From: Cercozoa sp. M6MM | Lineage: Eukaryota; Protista; Endomyxa: Ascetosporea | DNA: 42,693 nt | Reading direction: 5' to 3' (one strand) | Assembly (NCBI GenBank): GCA_040357565.1 | Contig: JBDODJ010000094.1 | Part shown: in pieces, positions 1 through 11,002 of the stretch | Layout: each line of letters starts with the position of its first letter | Position numbering within the stretch: the stretch's first letter is position 1 | Made by a program: the position numbers and the translations under genes | Notes under the pieces: generated by a model | What the model was told of the DNA's origin: nothing | The model's input: only the letters and a program-made list of their open reading frames with translations | Databases searched by the model: none

Positions 1-574
1 TTTTTTTAAGTTGTTGGGTTGCTTCCGCGCGGATACAGTAGTTTATGATGTAACATAGGCGTACTTACGAGTTAGATATGTACGGTATGCAAACCTGTAT
101 CTATGGTATTGAAGACGACTGAACGCGGCACAGCTTGAACCGAACTACAATTCCTGCCACAATGGTTCGGATTTGATCGTCCGCGACCGAGAAACGCGAC
201 GCCGGACCAGTAACAGCCTACTACAGCCACCGTAGTCATACAGAACCCTTCCGCCAGAAGTTTGCCGATGCAAGCCCTTTTTTGTTTCTTACCACTTACA
301 GTCTCTGTCGCTCAAAGAGAAAGTCTAGTCTGTTAGTTAGTAGAGTCTTCTAGGAAACCAACTATGTAGTTCCCCTGCACCATCCTAGTCTGTTAATGTA
401 TCGGATGGTACCATATACTTGCAGTCTCTCTGTCGTTCGAAGAAAAGCCTGAGCAATGGAACTATCCGAACTGGACCAAGGGACCCGGCTTTAGTTGAGA
501 AAATGTACGAGTAAAATCGACCAATGCACAGTGCTCGTTTCAATTTCCTACTTTCCTTCCCGTCCGCTTTTCGT

Positions 575-1211
575 TTACTTCTCGGCGAGACCCAGAGTGG
601 TCTGCGTGATGATGCCGACCACATCGTAGGGCGAGGCAGAGGCGGCCGGACGACGGTCCTCAAAGTAGCCGGCCTTGACGTTGCGCGGCAGACGCACCGA
701 GGCGCCGCGATCGGCTTGACCGCTGCTGAACGTCTCGGGGTCGCTCGTCTCTATACAAGGCATGGGTCGTGCCGGTGCAGGTGTGTTAGGGGTACAGTAA
801 CATTCTAGGAACACACCGAACTCGCCGCAAAGACGCATGGCATTGTCGACGCCATAGACGGCCATGTGCTCCTTGTGCTTGCCGCCGAGACGCTCGATTG
901 CCTGCATCATGGAGGTGCGGTCACCCGACTTGGCCTCGGTGCGCATCTGCTGCGTCGAGTAGTTGGTATGCAGGCCGGCGCCGTTCCAGCAGCCCTGTGA
1001 ATGTGCAGCGCACCTCGTACTTTGTGTAGAGAGTTCCATGCCAGTCAGGGTGTAGACTGTATCTACCTTAGCGATGGGCTTGGCAGCAAAGGAAACCTGC
1101 ACGTCGTAGGACTCGGCCACACGACGCAGCAGGAAGCGCGACATCACTGTTCTCAAGAAAAGACAGGTCACACAGAGATAGAGAAAGATGTATATATCTA
1201 TATATATTACG

Positions 1212-1266
<55 letters not shown>

Positions 1267-2276
1267 AAAGAGAGGCACCTAGCTGGTCGGCAGCATCCAT
1301 GCCTTCCACTGGACCAATCTGATACTCCCATTGGCCGGGAGCTACCTCGCTGTGCCGACAGAGTTAATTTGCATTATATATTTATTGAAAGAGAGATAGA
1401 GAGAAAGAGAGAAAGAGAGACAGAGAGAGATATAGATAGAGATGGAAAGACTGACCCGTTGGTGCCCGAGATGAGCAGACCGGCGTACATGGAGGCACGT
1501 GCGTGCGACTCAGAGACCAGGCGTCCCACGGCACGTCCAGCGCCGTTACCGCAGTAGTATGGCCCTATGTAAACCCATTAATTGTATACTATCCAGTACG
1601 CGGACAACTATAGAATGCTGACACAGGTACCCTGTGCGGGAGGTTCGCCGTCGGAAGGCCATCCGAGCGGACACGAGGTCGCCGTCTCCAGCAGCGTGTA
1701 TTCCTGCTCCAGGCCGAACCACGGGTGCGCTGCGCGTGCCTCGTGCGAGTTCATCACATCCGCCCACTGCACACAATACACACAAATATATAGATAAACT
1801 AGTTAAGCTATAATTTCTACATATTTATGTATAAATAAATAATGTCTACATACAATGTATATGTATAATAAATAAGCTATGTTATAGATATACATATATA
1901 CACATATACATATACCTTGGTGCGCTTGCTGTGACTGTCGGCACCGCGAATGTCGCACAGCACAATGACGTTGGCGCCGCCGCCGGCACCCGCGCGGAAG
2001 GGATCGCGGTACACCTTGACTGGCAGCAATTCGACCTCCGAGTCGCCGCCGTCGGCCTGCTGCGTGCTGGAGCCGTCGTAGTTCCACTCGGGCATGGCCT
2101 CGACGACACGGTCGCGCCAACTCATCTCGGGGTCACTGGGAGGCACGCGCGGCACCGAGTCATCCCTGCCGTCGCCTTTGTGCTGCGAGTGCAGCGCGCG
2201 CACCGTGTCGAGGCCCTCCATTAGCACGCGGTGAATGCGCTGATTCACATTCCAATACAATTCTATATTTATAAAG

Positions 2277-2308
<32 letters not shown>

Positions 2309-2830
2309 GCAGATATCAGACGTGATGGTTAGCGAGTAGTACGCGCTCGGAATCGAGAGGCGAGCGAGCACTGAACACGCGCAGTTTGGAGCGTACGTCA
2401 CCATCAGCATCGAGCCAGACGTACTCGGCAGTGAACTGGTCTACTCCAAGTCGACAACAGCAACAATCAGTTGGCCCAAGAGTGAGCACAGCCCAAAATG
2501 GAAGCAAAAAACCTGGGTGCGGAAGAGCGTCGAACTGGGCTGCCACCACGGGCGACAACATCTTCTGCGGCCATTGCGCCGCCTGAACGGCTTGCGAGAC
2601 CTGCAACACACGCATGCAAGAGTTGACATGCCAAAACATAGGCAAGGATGATGCAAAATCCGAAAGCTCCCACACGCATAAAAGGGCAACGAATATGGGC
2701 AACACCGTCGGCAAAAGACGCCGAAACAAGAGGCACAAAATGCGGTCAGACAGCACAGTCCAGCGAAAAGACACTTTGCTTTTATTTACACGTCCTGTAC
2801 CACCAACAAGGCACCGACAAGGAACTTCAT
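575..2830 (-). CDS. GLN1: Glutamine synthetase type II with putative N-terminal signal peptide (10 exons)
   Basis: Spliced translation contains [66 protein letters not shown] and [12 protein letters not shown] introns at 751-816, 995-1066, 1147-1278, 1350-1455, 1565-1630, 1767-1915, 2240-2321, 2441-2512 and 2601-2800. The first exon (2801-2830, [10 protein letters not shown]) is less certain; an alternative start is the ATG at 2561. Confidence 0.95.
1217..1263. repeat. (AG)n microsatellite in a GS intron
   Basis: Visible dinucleotide run. Other (AT)n, (TATC)n and (CA)n runs occur in introns at ~2280, ~3965, ~13595 and ~14890. Confidence 0.95.
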
Positions 2831-2895
2831 TGCAACTACGATAACGCGCTCGAACCACTAGCTCCGAAATAGCAAAGTGCAAGAACGACTGAAGG
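2831..2895. promoter_or_regulatory. Putative 65-bp bidirectional promoter between GS and the ankyrin-like gene
   Basis: Spacing between the divergent ATGs at 2830 (-) and 2896 (+). No motif identified. Confidence 0.4.
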
Positions 2896-4867
2896 ATGAG
2901 TGACTCCGACTTCTTGGAACCGCGGTTTGGCGACGTGTCTTACGAAAAGACCGAGCGAATGGAGTACATTTTGTTGCGCTCACTCCGAGCACCCGTCTTC
3001 AATCGCACGTCATCACTGTAAAAGTAGTCAGCAACGCTGATCTTTACATTCATCAAGTATCTGACCGCAGTCACTTTGTGCAGTTCTGTGCACTGTCAAG
3101 ACGCGCATGGCCGGGCTTCCGCGCGTGTATAGTGCTATTAGCGAGCTATAAAGTGCACGAGAATGCGGAGAAAGCAGAAATTGCAGCAAGCCCGGCAGGC
3201 AGCACGAATGGTCGTCATGTTTCTCGTTCTGCTTGTTGCCCCCAGCACTGTAGCCTTTTGACCACTCCGTAGGGTCTTCTCGACAGAGCAGTTTCCCTGA
3301 TCGAAGAGTTACCCGACAGTGAGAGCCGTGAGGTTGGTGTAGCCCAGGCGTTGTGCGAAACTTGTCGCGTGAAAGCGTACGAAACCGCGGCAGCTTTGCT
3401 TTCGAAATTTCAAGACGATTTTGACGTTGGCAGTGCCGTCATGCGGCTACTTGGTACAGTCAGAAGTATGCTTACTACTTCAAGGAGGCACTGGACACGT
3501 GTGTTTGTGTGTTGTAGCCAGCGACGACGGTTTCAGCGACCCACTGAGTCAGTGCATTGGTCAGAGCGAGCTGGCCAGGCGACTGGTGGCGGCAGGAGTG
3601 CGACCCAGTGGTGGCGAGTTCTACCGTCGCGTTGTTGAAAGTGGCAGCGTTCGTGGCAATGTCGAAGTGCTGCGTCTCGTGGCGCTGTACGACCCGCAGT
3701 TCGCGTAATTAACTTATATACGCTTTTGCCAAAGTAAATGTATTTCTCATGTGGATATGTTCGAATGTTACGATGCAAGCATAGTTTATTTTTTTAGCAG
3801 ATATTTTTTTATAATTGACTTAATTATATATTCGTGTAGTAAATTTATAGATAGAAATATGTATATAGTATATGTACAAACTGGGCAGTATCGCAAGAAC
3901 AGTATCACAAGTATCGACTTTATATTATGTATAACATGGTGTGTACTATATGTGCAATGCTAGATATATATATATATATATATATATATTCATATGTAGT
4001 ATGTGCACAGTGCGCACGTGCTCACGGACGATGGTGACTGCACGTCGGCACTGTTGCTCCCACTGACTGATACTGTTGATGCCAACGATCGCACTGTCGC
4101 CGTCTACGCGATGTTGCTGGAGCTGTTGTCAGCTCGCATCGGTCGCGCCGCGGTCGGTCGGCAGCTGGACCGGCAGCGCGCGCTGTCGGTGCTGCTGAGT
4201 GGAAGTGCTGAGTCCACCAACATTGAGGAGTTCGTGGCCCTGCTTCTGGAGTACGAGGGTGCGTTTCTCCTGTCTATATGTAGTATACACCATAACTAAG
4301 TATCTTTCTGCATGTATACATGAGTACTGTAGCCACACCGACGTTGGAAGCGGCGCTGTTTGCACTACAGTCGTCCAACAGAGCCTGGGCGACCGGAGTT
4401 CTGCGACAACTGCTCGCGTGCGGCTGCTGTCTGAGTTCGCTCGTTGTCTTCGAACAGTCACAAGTCAGTCGAGACTGTCAAGTCAGTCAAGCTTCTGACT
4501 CAAAGGAAGAGGACTCTGACTCTGACTTTAACTTTGACTCTGACTCTGACTCTGAGTATGACCCTGCAGAAGAGGGCAGCCCAAACCCATTGCAACCCGA
4601 GACGGCTGCCTTCCTGTCGCGTGTCTTGCAGTCCGTACTACAGGAGGTACAGTCGGGCTCTAACTATCCGAAAAGAAGTGCGTTTAATCAACGCAGAGGA
4701 GTTGCACGCACCACGTGCTGTCAACTCTCGGATCGGCGGGCCTGCCCAAGATAACGTTGCCGCTCGACATTGTGCGTGAGTGCGTCGATTTCACATGTCT
4801 GCCTTGTGCCTCGGTGCTGCGCTTCCGCCGGCCGCAAGTGATAGCCCAGCGGCCGGCCGTTGACTAG
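2896..4867 (+). CDS. Hypothetical protein with degenerate ankyrin-like repeats, an acidic DS-rich tract and a C-terminal LPLDIVRECVDF (F-box/PRANC-like) motif
   Basis: Exons join in frame through GT-AG introns from MSDSDFLEP to RPAVD*. Helix-turn-helix units ARQAARMGLLDRAVSLI, ALCETCRVKAYETAAALL and VESGSVRGNVEVLRLVAL resemble ankyrin repeats. The domain call is an inference. Confidence 0.55.
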
Positions 4868-5181
4868 CGCTAACAGAACTGTTGAAAATAAACTTCATAC
4901 TCTAGACAATACTTGCGATCCTACGCGGGGTCTGGGAAAATGCGATGGAACACCAAGCCCGAAGTTCAATTCAGTGCGCGTTCTAGCCCAGCTGAACCGA
5001 GGCGCACTACAAATTTAAAGACGTTATGAGGGCGTAAGTTGCGCTAATCCCCGGAACAAGAAGAAAATCTTCATGTCCGGTCTATTTGGACTTGGACACT
5101 GTAGTGCTTCAGTTCAGTTCATGATCGAGTTCTGATCTGATTGCATGGAGTTAAATCGACACAGTAGCTGTGCCTATCGCG

Positions 5182-7227
5182 TTAGCGGAAGGACATGCCG
5201 TACTCGGCCAGGGCGTCGTCCATCCGGTTTAAGCGTAACCTGCAGCACACAAAAAGAAAACTGTTTGCAACACGAAAAAACAAGTGAGAAAGAATCCAAC
5301 TGCCACTGACGGCAACGCGCGTGCAGGGCCGCCGCGTGCGCCGAGTCAAAGCCGAGCCGCCGCAGTTTGGCGTGATTGCTGTCAGGCACAAAAATACTCG
5401 TAATGACAGCATTTGAGAGAAATGGGAATTGAACAACAGTACAGTCGCAGCTGCGTCAAAAGCTTTGCCCAGCGACGCAACACTCGATCCACACGTTTCA
5501 GCACTTGCAGTGGACGCTATCGGCATTATTATATTCGATTGGGGTTTTGTGTGGGAAAAATAAGCACCTGTGCCATCTTCTCCAAGACTGCTTGTTGTTG
5601 TTGCTGCTCACTCAGTTAATTTGCACACAATTTGTGACGCGTAAATGTGGTTTACCGAGAGCGCCGAGAAAGCTTGGGATTCGGCTAGTTCCACGCGTAC
5701 GGTTTCGTCAGCCTGCAGTGCGAAACCACGCAGAAACTCCGCAAACGAAGCCTGCGTCACATCGATGGAACTCTCTGTCGATTGTTGTTGTTGTTGTTTC
5801 TGTTGTTGCTGTGGCGTTTCTCCCTCGTCGTCCGAGTCGCTTTCAAACAGCGACGGAAACAGGTCGTCGTCGGTGCCGGTTCTTTCAACTGAAACTTGTT
5901 TGTGCCGGTCAAAGTTGGGAACTGCCGTTGCCAGCATTCGCTCGCAGCGCGAGATTATGTGTTCAAAGGCCTGCACACATGCATACGGATACATGAACTG
6001 TATTCATAGATATGCAGATTAATCTCAGACACAAACAACAACTGAACACCTGTGTGTACTTGGGCGTGATATTGTGATAATGCGCCAGTAGAGATCGCAG
6101 TGTGGCGCCCTTTCTCGCACTGACAGCACGTACAGACACAGCCAGATATAGATAGCACAGACACAGAAAACAAGCAAGGAAGAAAGCAAGAAAGGAGTAA
6201 ACAAGGATGCAAGGAAGCAAGGAAGCAAGGGAGGCACCTTCGAGCGGCCAGACGTGCCACGCAGGCCGGGTGTTGCGTGCGCAGAAAAGTACGCGCAGTG
6301 CTCACGAAAGGATACCGCTGGCGCAGGTGCTGCTCCCACTCGTCCAGATACCGCAATGCCGTGTCCAAAAACATTCGCGCCGACAGTTGGTCCTCGCAGT
6401 CCATGTGCTGTGCACTAAACACTCGCATACAAGTGAATACTACACATACACCCTGAACAATAAACTGAAGGCTACGAAGCTGCGAATTCGGCCTCGAAAT
6501 CGCGATTGGCCACACTAGCCGAACCCTGTGCTTTCAGGAGGATAATCAGTGTAGACGGAGAAGGGTAAAGGGAGAAACTATAGTGCACCGAGTATTGCGC
6601 GAGTCGCTCACAACGCGCGCGATAGACGCGGCAGTTGCGCGCGTTGACGCTGCGCACTTTGCGCTCAGCGTCCAAGCAATCCTCGGTCTTTTCCAGCATC
6701 GACTGCGACGACCAGGTACACATTCAAGACAAAAAAACTCACAGACACAAAGTAAGATGCACTAGGTACCATCATGATGTCGCGAAACAAAGCTCCGCCA
6801 TCATCAGCCAATAGAAGGCACCGTACGTGCTTTGACCTGCCCAGGTTGATACTCGCATCAACAGGAACAGTCAGACATGTTTAAAAGTACCGCATAATCA
6901 CGTGATGCAGCAACTGCAAAGCACGAAAGCGATGTAGTAAATCGCGCGATTTGGCCCGACGTAGCAACTCTTGCGCCAATGCTCTCGCGAGCTCTGACTT
7001 TTCGGCACCGTCCCCACGCAGCTGCAGCTTTAGCGTGCGCAAGTGCTTCTCACGCTCACCCTGCGTCAAGCCGCGGCCTTTCGCACGTTTCGTAAGTTCC
7101 GTCTGTCCACAAAGCGCCAGGATTCGTCACGATCAACGTGGAGGAAGTCTTTGCTCACCGTTGCATGCACGACAAAATCTTCTGGAGTTTCAAGGCAGAA
7201 GCGTCTACGTTTGGCAGGTCTGTCCAT
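5182..7227 (-). CDS. UVSSA: UVSSA-like protein (VHS-like N-terminus and helical region; C-terminal half absent)
   Basis: Spliced model MDRPAKRRRF..HRFRALQLLHHVIMRSKHVRCLLL..LRYLDEWEQHLRQRYPFVSTARTFLR..CERMLATAVPNFD..RVLRRWAKLLTQL..MDDALAEYGMSFR* follows the order of conserved UVSSA blocks. All introns are GT-AG. Confidence 0.65.
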
Positions 7228-7433
7228 GTTTTTACCAAATCACGCCTGTTAAAGTACGTGAGAGAATACACGGTACCGTACTCTGCCGTGCTTTTATGGC
7301 TACACCATCGAAAAACAAAAATAAATGATTGGGCACCTTCAAGCGATCTCCAGACACCAGTTCCCTGCAGTGTTTGCTCATGCACAGTGTGTTAATACTG
7401 CCAACCCAAGAGTTAGGAAAACGACGTCAGAGA

Positions 7434-9614
7434 ATGATGACCTCCAGTCGACATCGCTCAAGGGCGTTTTTTGTGCTGACCATACTCTCAGTCGCTTCAT
7501 CGCCATGTGTGGCGGTCGAAGTTGTTCCTCGCGCTTCTTCGAGTGTCGTCGGTGCGTACGCTTGCAAGGTGACGCGATCGGCGAATAAAGCGATTGGAGG
7601 CGTGGGCTTCGAAGCAGGTAAAAGTTGCTTGCTTTTCCTTTAGCCAATGCATCGAGTACTTGTTGTGTTGCTGCTGCAGAAGAGACCTGGGAGAGGTGGA
7701 AATCCGGAGATGAAAGGTTCAGTATCACGGTGAACCTTTTTGATCGGAATCTTTCAGCGACGGGAGTCTACTCAAACATCCCTCGAGTCAAAAGCGACGA
7801 CGAAGATCAGGACACGCGCTTCAAAGCATACTTTTTCGATGCGATGGAAGGTATGGACTGCTCTTTGTGTCTGTCAAAACTTGCAATGTTGGTTTGGTTG
7901 CTGATTGATACAGAGGCAGACAAGGTAGATTCGCCGCACTCCTGGGGCGATTCACGGCAACATGTCCGGCTCGTGACTGGAGCGAACTGGCATCTTGCAG
8001 TCACTTTCTCGTAAGCATTCTTTTTTGTTTTCTTAACTTGGAAACTGACTCAAAAATCAACCCAAACCCCTTTTTAAACTTATTCTGCGTACTTGATTAG
8101 AGGAGATGCGTCCCATGCAGATGTGGACTGGTCGACATTGCTGCCCATTCCGGTATCTCTCGTTTGCAGTTGGCGATGAAGTTGGAATTGTTTTTGCAGA
8201 AAACAGCCAATCTTACGGGCACTGCTGACGGTCAAACGCGAGTCGTGCGATTAATCGAACCGCGTCAGTTCGACGTGTTTGCTGAAGCATATGCTACTGC
8301 AAGCAAACGTACCACGCCTCTTTTTTAATTTTTTTAAATATTTGTTCCATGCTGGTGGTTTTTGCTTGTCTGGCAGGCAAAACCGTTCATTGGATCAGAC
8401 CATGTAGGCCGTCATTTTCTTGAAGATTTTGTTGTGTAGCTTGTTTACCCCCCCCCCCCAGTGGACGGACTGATGACGCACTGTGCCACCGTCGAATGTA
8501 TCGAAAACTGCGCGAGCGATCCAATGGCTAAAGCTATCGAAGTCATGTGCGTTCCTATTTTTCCTTTTCTTTTGTTTTGTCTGTCGAGAAAACTGGTGCT
8601 GTGCAGCTGTTTCATCATGCTGGCGTTTGTGTTCCTGGCTCCGTTCATAGCCAACTACGTTGTGATTCGCAAGGGTGCTCTGTGCGGTGACCTTGCAGTT
8701 ACGGTGCCGGACGAATTGCGCGACCTCTACGACTTGCGCAAGAAGGCGCTTCGCAACTGTACCAATGTTTTTGGCTCTTTCTTATGTTTTTTTAAAATTA
8801 TTATTATATATTCGCCTGTTGTATGAGTATATAGATATGTATATGCACGCATGGACTAACACGTTTTGTTTTTTCGGAGGGCAGTGCTCACAGGCGTCGT
8901 TGTCGCCGAAGCAGCCCTGTTGTTGTATGCTTTTCCTGTCTTTGTACTGTACTGTACTTTTATCAGAACTACTCGCTTTTTCTCCTTGAGGTAGGATCAC
9001 GCTTTCAATTCTGTCCTTCTTCCTGCCGGGCACACCACTGGACGAGGGAATCTTTTTTCTGGTGGCACTGCCGCTGTTTGTGTTCTACTGCGCCTCTTGC
9101 ACGGCCTACATCTTCGTGGCCTACGATCTCAAGAGGTGTGTCACTTGTTACTTTGATTGACTAGACTTGACTCGATTGACTTGACTTGACTTGATTGACT
9201 TGGCAGCTTCCTCATCGTCTCAGTGCCGTCCACACTCACGGCTATCGGCTGCATCGTTGCCTCCTCATTGCTGTACACTGTGAGATTATTCGTGTACACA
9301 CACATACACACCTGAGTCGTTTGTTATTGGTATGATGCAGACCCGAGATCGCCTTCTTTGCGGTGTCGCTCGCACTGCTCATGGTCGTCGTGGTTGTACA
9401 ATCCGTGCGACTGCACCGCGTCACGTCACGCGTCGAGACCGCCTCTGCGTCGTGGCCGCCGCTCAACGCGCGCAATGCCGCCTCGCATCGCCACCCGGCG
9501 CGGTCACGCGACCTCAACCTCAGTCGAGGCAACGCGCCCGCACTTTACACTGAGGAACCACGCTCGCGCGGACGCCGCCGATCAGACAGTGTCGCGCTCA
9601 CGCATGTTGCTTGA
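7434..9614 (+). CDS. Uncharacterised membrane protein (signal peptide, Cys-containing ectodomain, ~5-6 C-terminal TM helices)
   Basis: About ten in-frame GT-AG-joined exons. Hydrophobic N-terminus RAFFVLTILSVASS and TM-like segments CFIMLAFVFLAPFIA, LLTGVVVAEAALLLITLSILSFF, GIFFLVALPLFVFYC, FLIVSVPSTLTAIGCIVAS and IAFFAVSLALLMVVVVV. No family recognised. Confidence 0.7.
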
Positions 9615-9762
9615 TCTGCCATGCTGATTAAAGTAAACGAAAGATCGAGTACTCGACTCACAAACTGAAAACGAAACGGGTGCGATGCGGCGATGGCGTC
9701 AGAGACTCTAAAACTGGATTTACTTTGCAGCTGAGGAAACAACGCGACGGAAAACTGCGATG

Positions 9763-10802
9763 TCACAACAAAGCGCCGAAGATGTCGCCAATGAGGTCCT
9801 TCTTTTTCTTGGAATTCCGACTTTTGTCTTTCTTTTTCTTCTTCGATTTCTCCTTCTTCTTTGATTTGACCGGAGGCTTGGCTTGAGGTTTGGTTTGAGG
9901 TTTCTTCGGCAACGTGTTTGCCTGCTGCTGCTGAGTCAGCGTCTCTGTTTCTCTCACAGTCGCTTGTGTCACTTTCTGGCGCTTGGGGAGCGGCTCGTCG
10001 TCCTGAAAAAGACACCCCGATGGCACGAAAACAAGGAAAAGATTGGAAGGACTCACATCAAAAAAGCCGCGCCTCCTGCGAGCGGGCAACTTAGCAATGA
10101 CTGAGACATCCTGGGACTCTGTGCTCTCAGAGTTAGCCGATTCCGAGTCGTTTGTGGCTTGCTCGCTTTGCTCAGGTTTCTCGGATTTCGCGGGTTGGGC
10201 TCTTTTGTCAAGCTCGCTGTAAAAAGGCAAAGCAGCAACGTAAAAGACAAAGACGAAAAGAAGCAAGCTGCACAGTACACAGAACAAGTCGCCCAGTCCT
10301 CGTTCACTGTGGTCTCTTTCCTCAGCGGCAGCAGCGCGTGGATACAGAGTGCTCTGATGGTGGAGATCACGGCCGACGCCGACAGCGCGAACGGCATGAA
10401 GTACGAGCGTGCTGCCATGTCTCGCAGGTGCAGCACCGCCTTTTCGCAGCTGCACACCGTGCGCCACAGCATCGGACCCAACTCGCTTTCTTCTTCGACT
10501 AAAAAGAAATCACAACTAAAAAGAAAACACAGGGCACCATTGTCTCCCTCTGTCAAAAACATCGACAGAAACCTCAACTACCCTCGCGCAGACGACGCAC
10601 ATCACGTCGTGCCTCCTGCAGCTTGCGCCAGTACACACCGCGGCGATGCTGGTTCTGGTTCTTGTACATCAATCGCTCCAGCAGCGCGCTTTCTGCTTGC
10701 GTTGAGATAAACATCACACCAGTCACACAGGAGCGTTTTGTACCCAGGTTTTGTACCCAGATCGAGCCGATCTTGTATCTCGGCCCACGCTGACTGTGGC
10801 AT
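9763..10802 (-). CDS. RMP1: RNase MRP subunit Rmp1 / NEPRO-like protein
   Basis: Spliced N-terminus LESALLERLMYKNQNQHRRGVYWRKLQEARR (Rmp1/Nepro NxNQHR motif), a YFMPFALSASAVISTIRAL helix, and a Lys-rich tail ending KKKKDLIGDIFGALL* like fungal Rmp1. Confidence 0.8.
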
Positions 10803-11002
10803 ATTAGAGCAGCCTAACCAGCTCTACCGCGCAGCGGAACACGGCGACACTCGTCAGCGCGCTGTGTCGCACGAAACCAAGCGTTGACTACTTTTCGTTA
10901 AGGGAAACGAGATAAAGAACTGACTGAGAAAAATCCGTCAGAAGCATCTGTTCGCGACAGCCCAGGGTGCCATTAAAGGCTGGGGGCGACTTTGAACTGA
11001 AA

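Noticed and set aside
49-300. TGTAA...TTACA-bounded segment resembling a solo LTR
   Set aside because: No target-site duplication (TATGA vs GTCTC) and no other LTR features.
1001-1557. Low-complexity ORFs (ERERER, SLSLSL, poly-P, YIYIY) in the ORF track
   Set aside because: They are translations of intronic microsatellites or antisense shadows of GC-rich exons.
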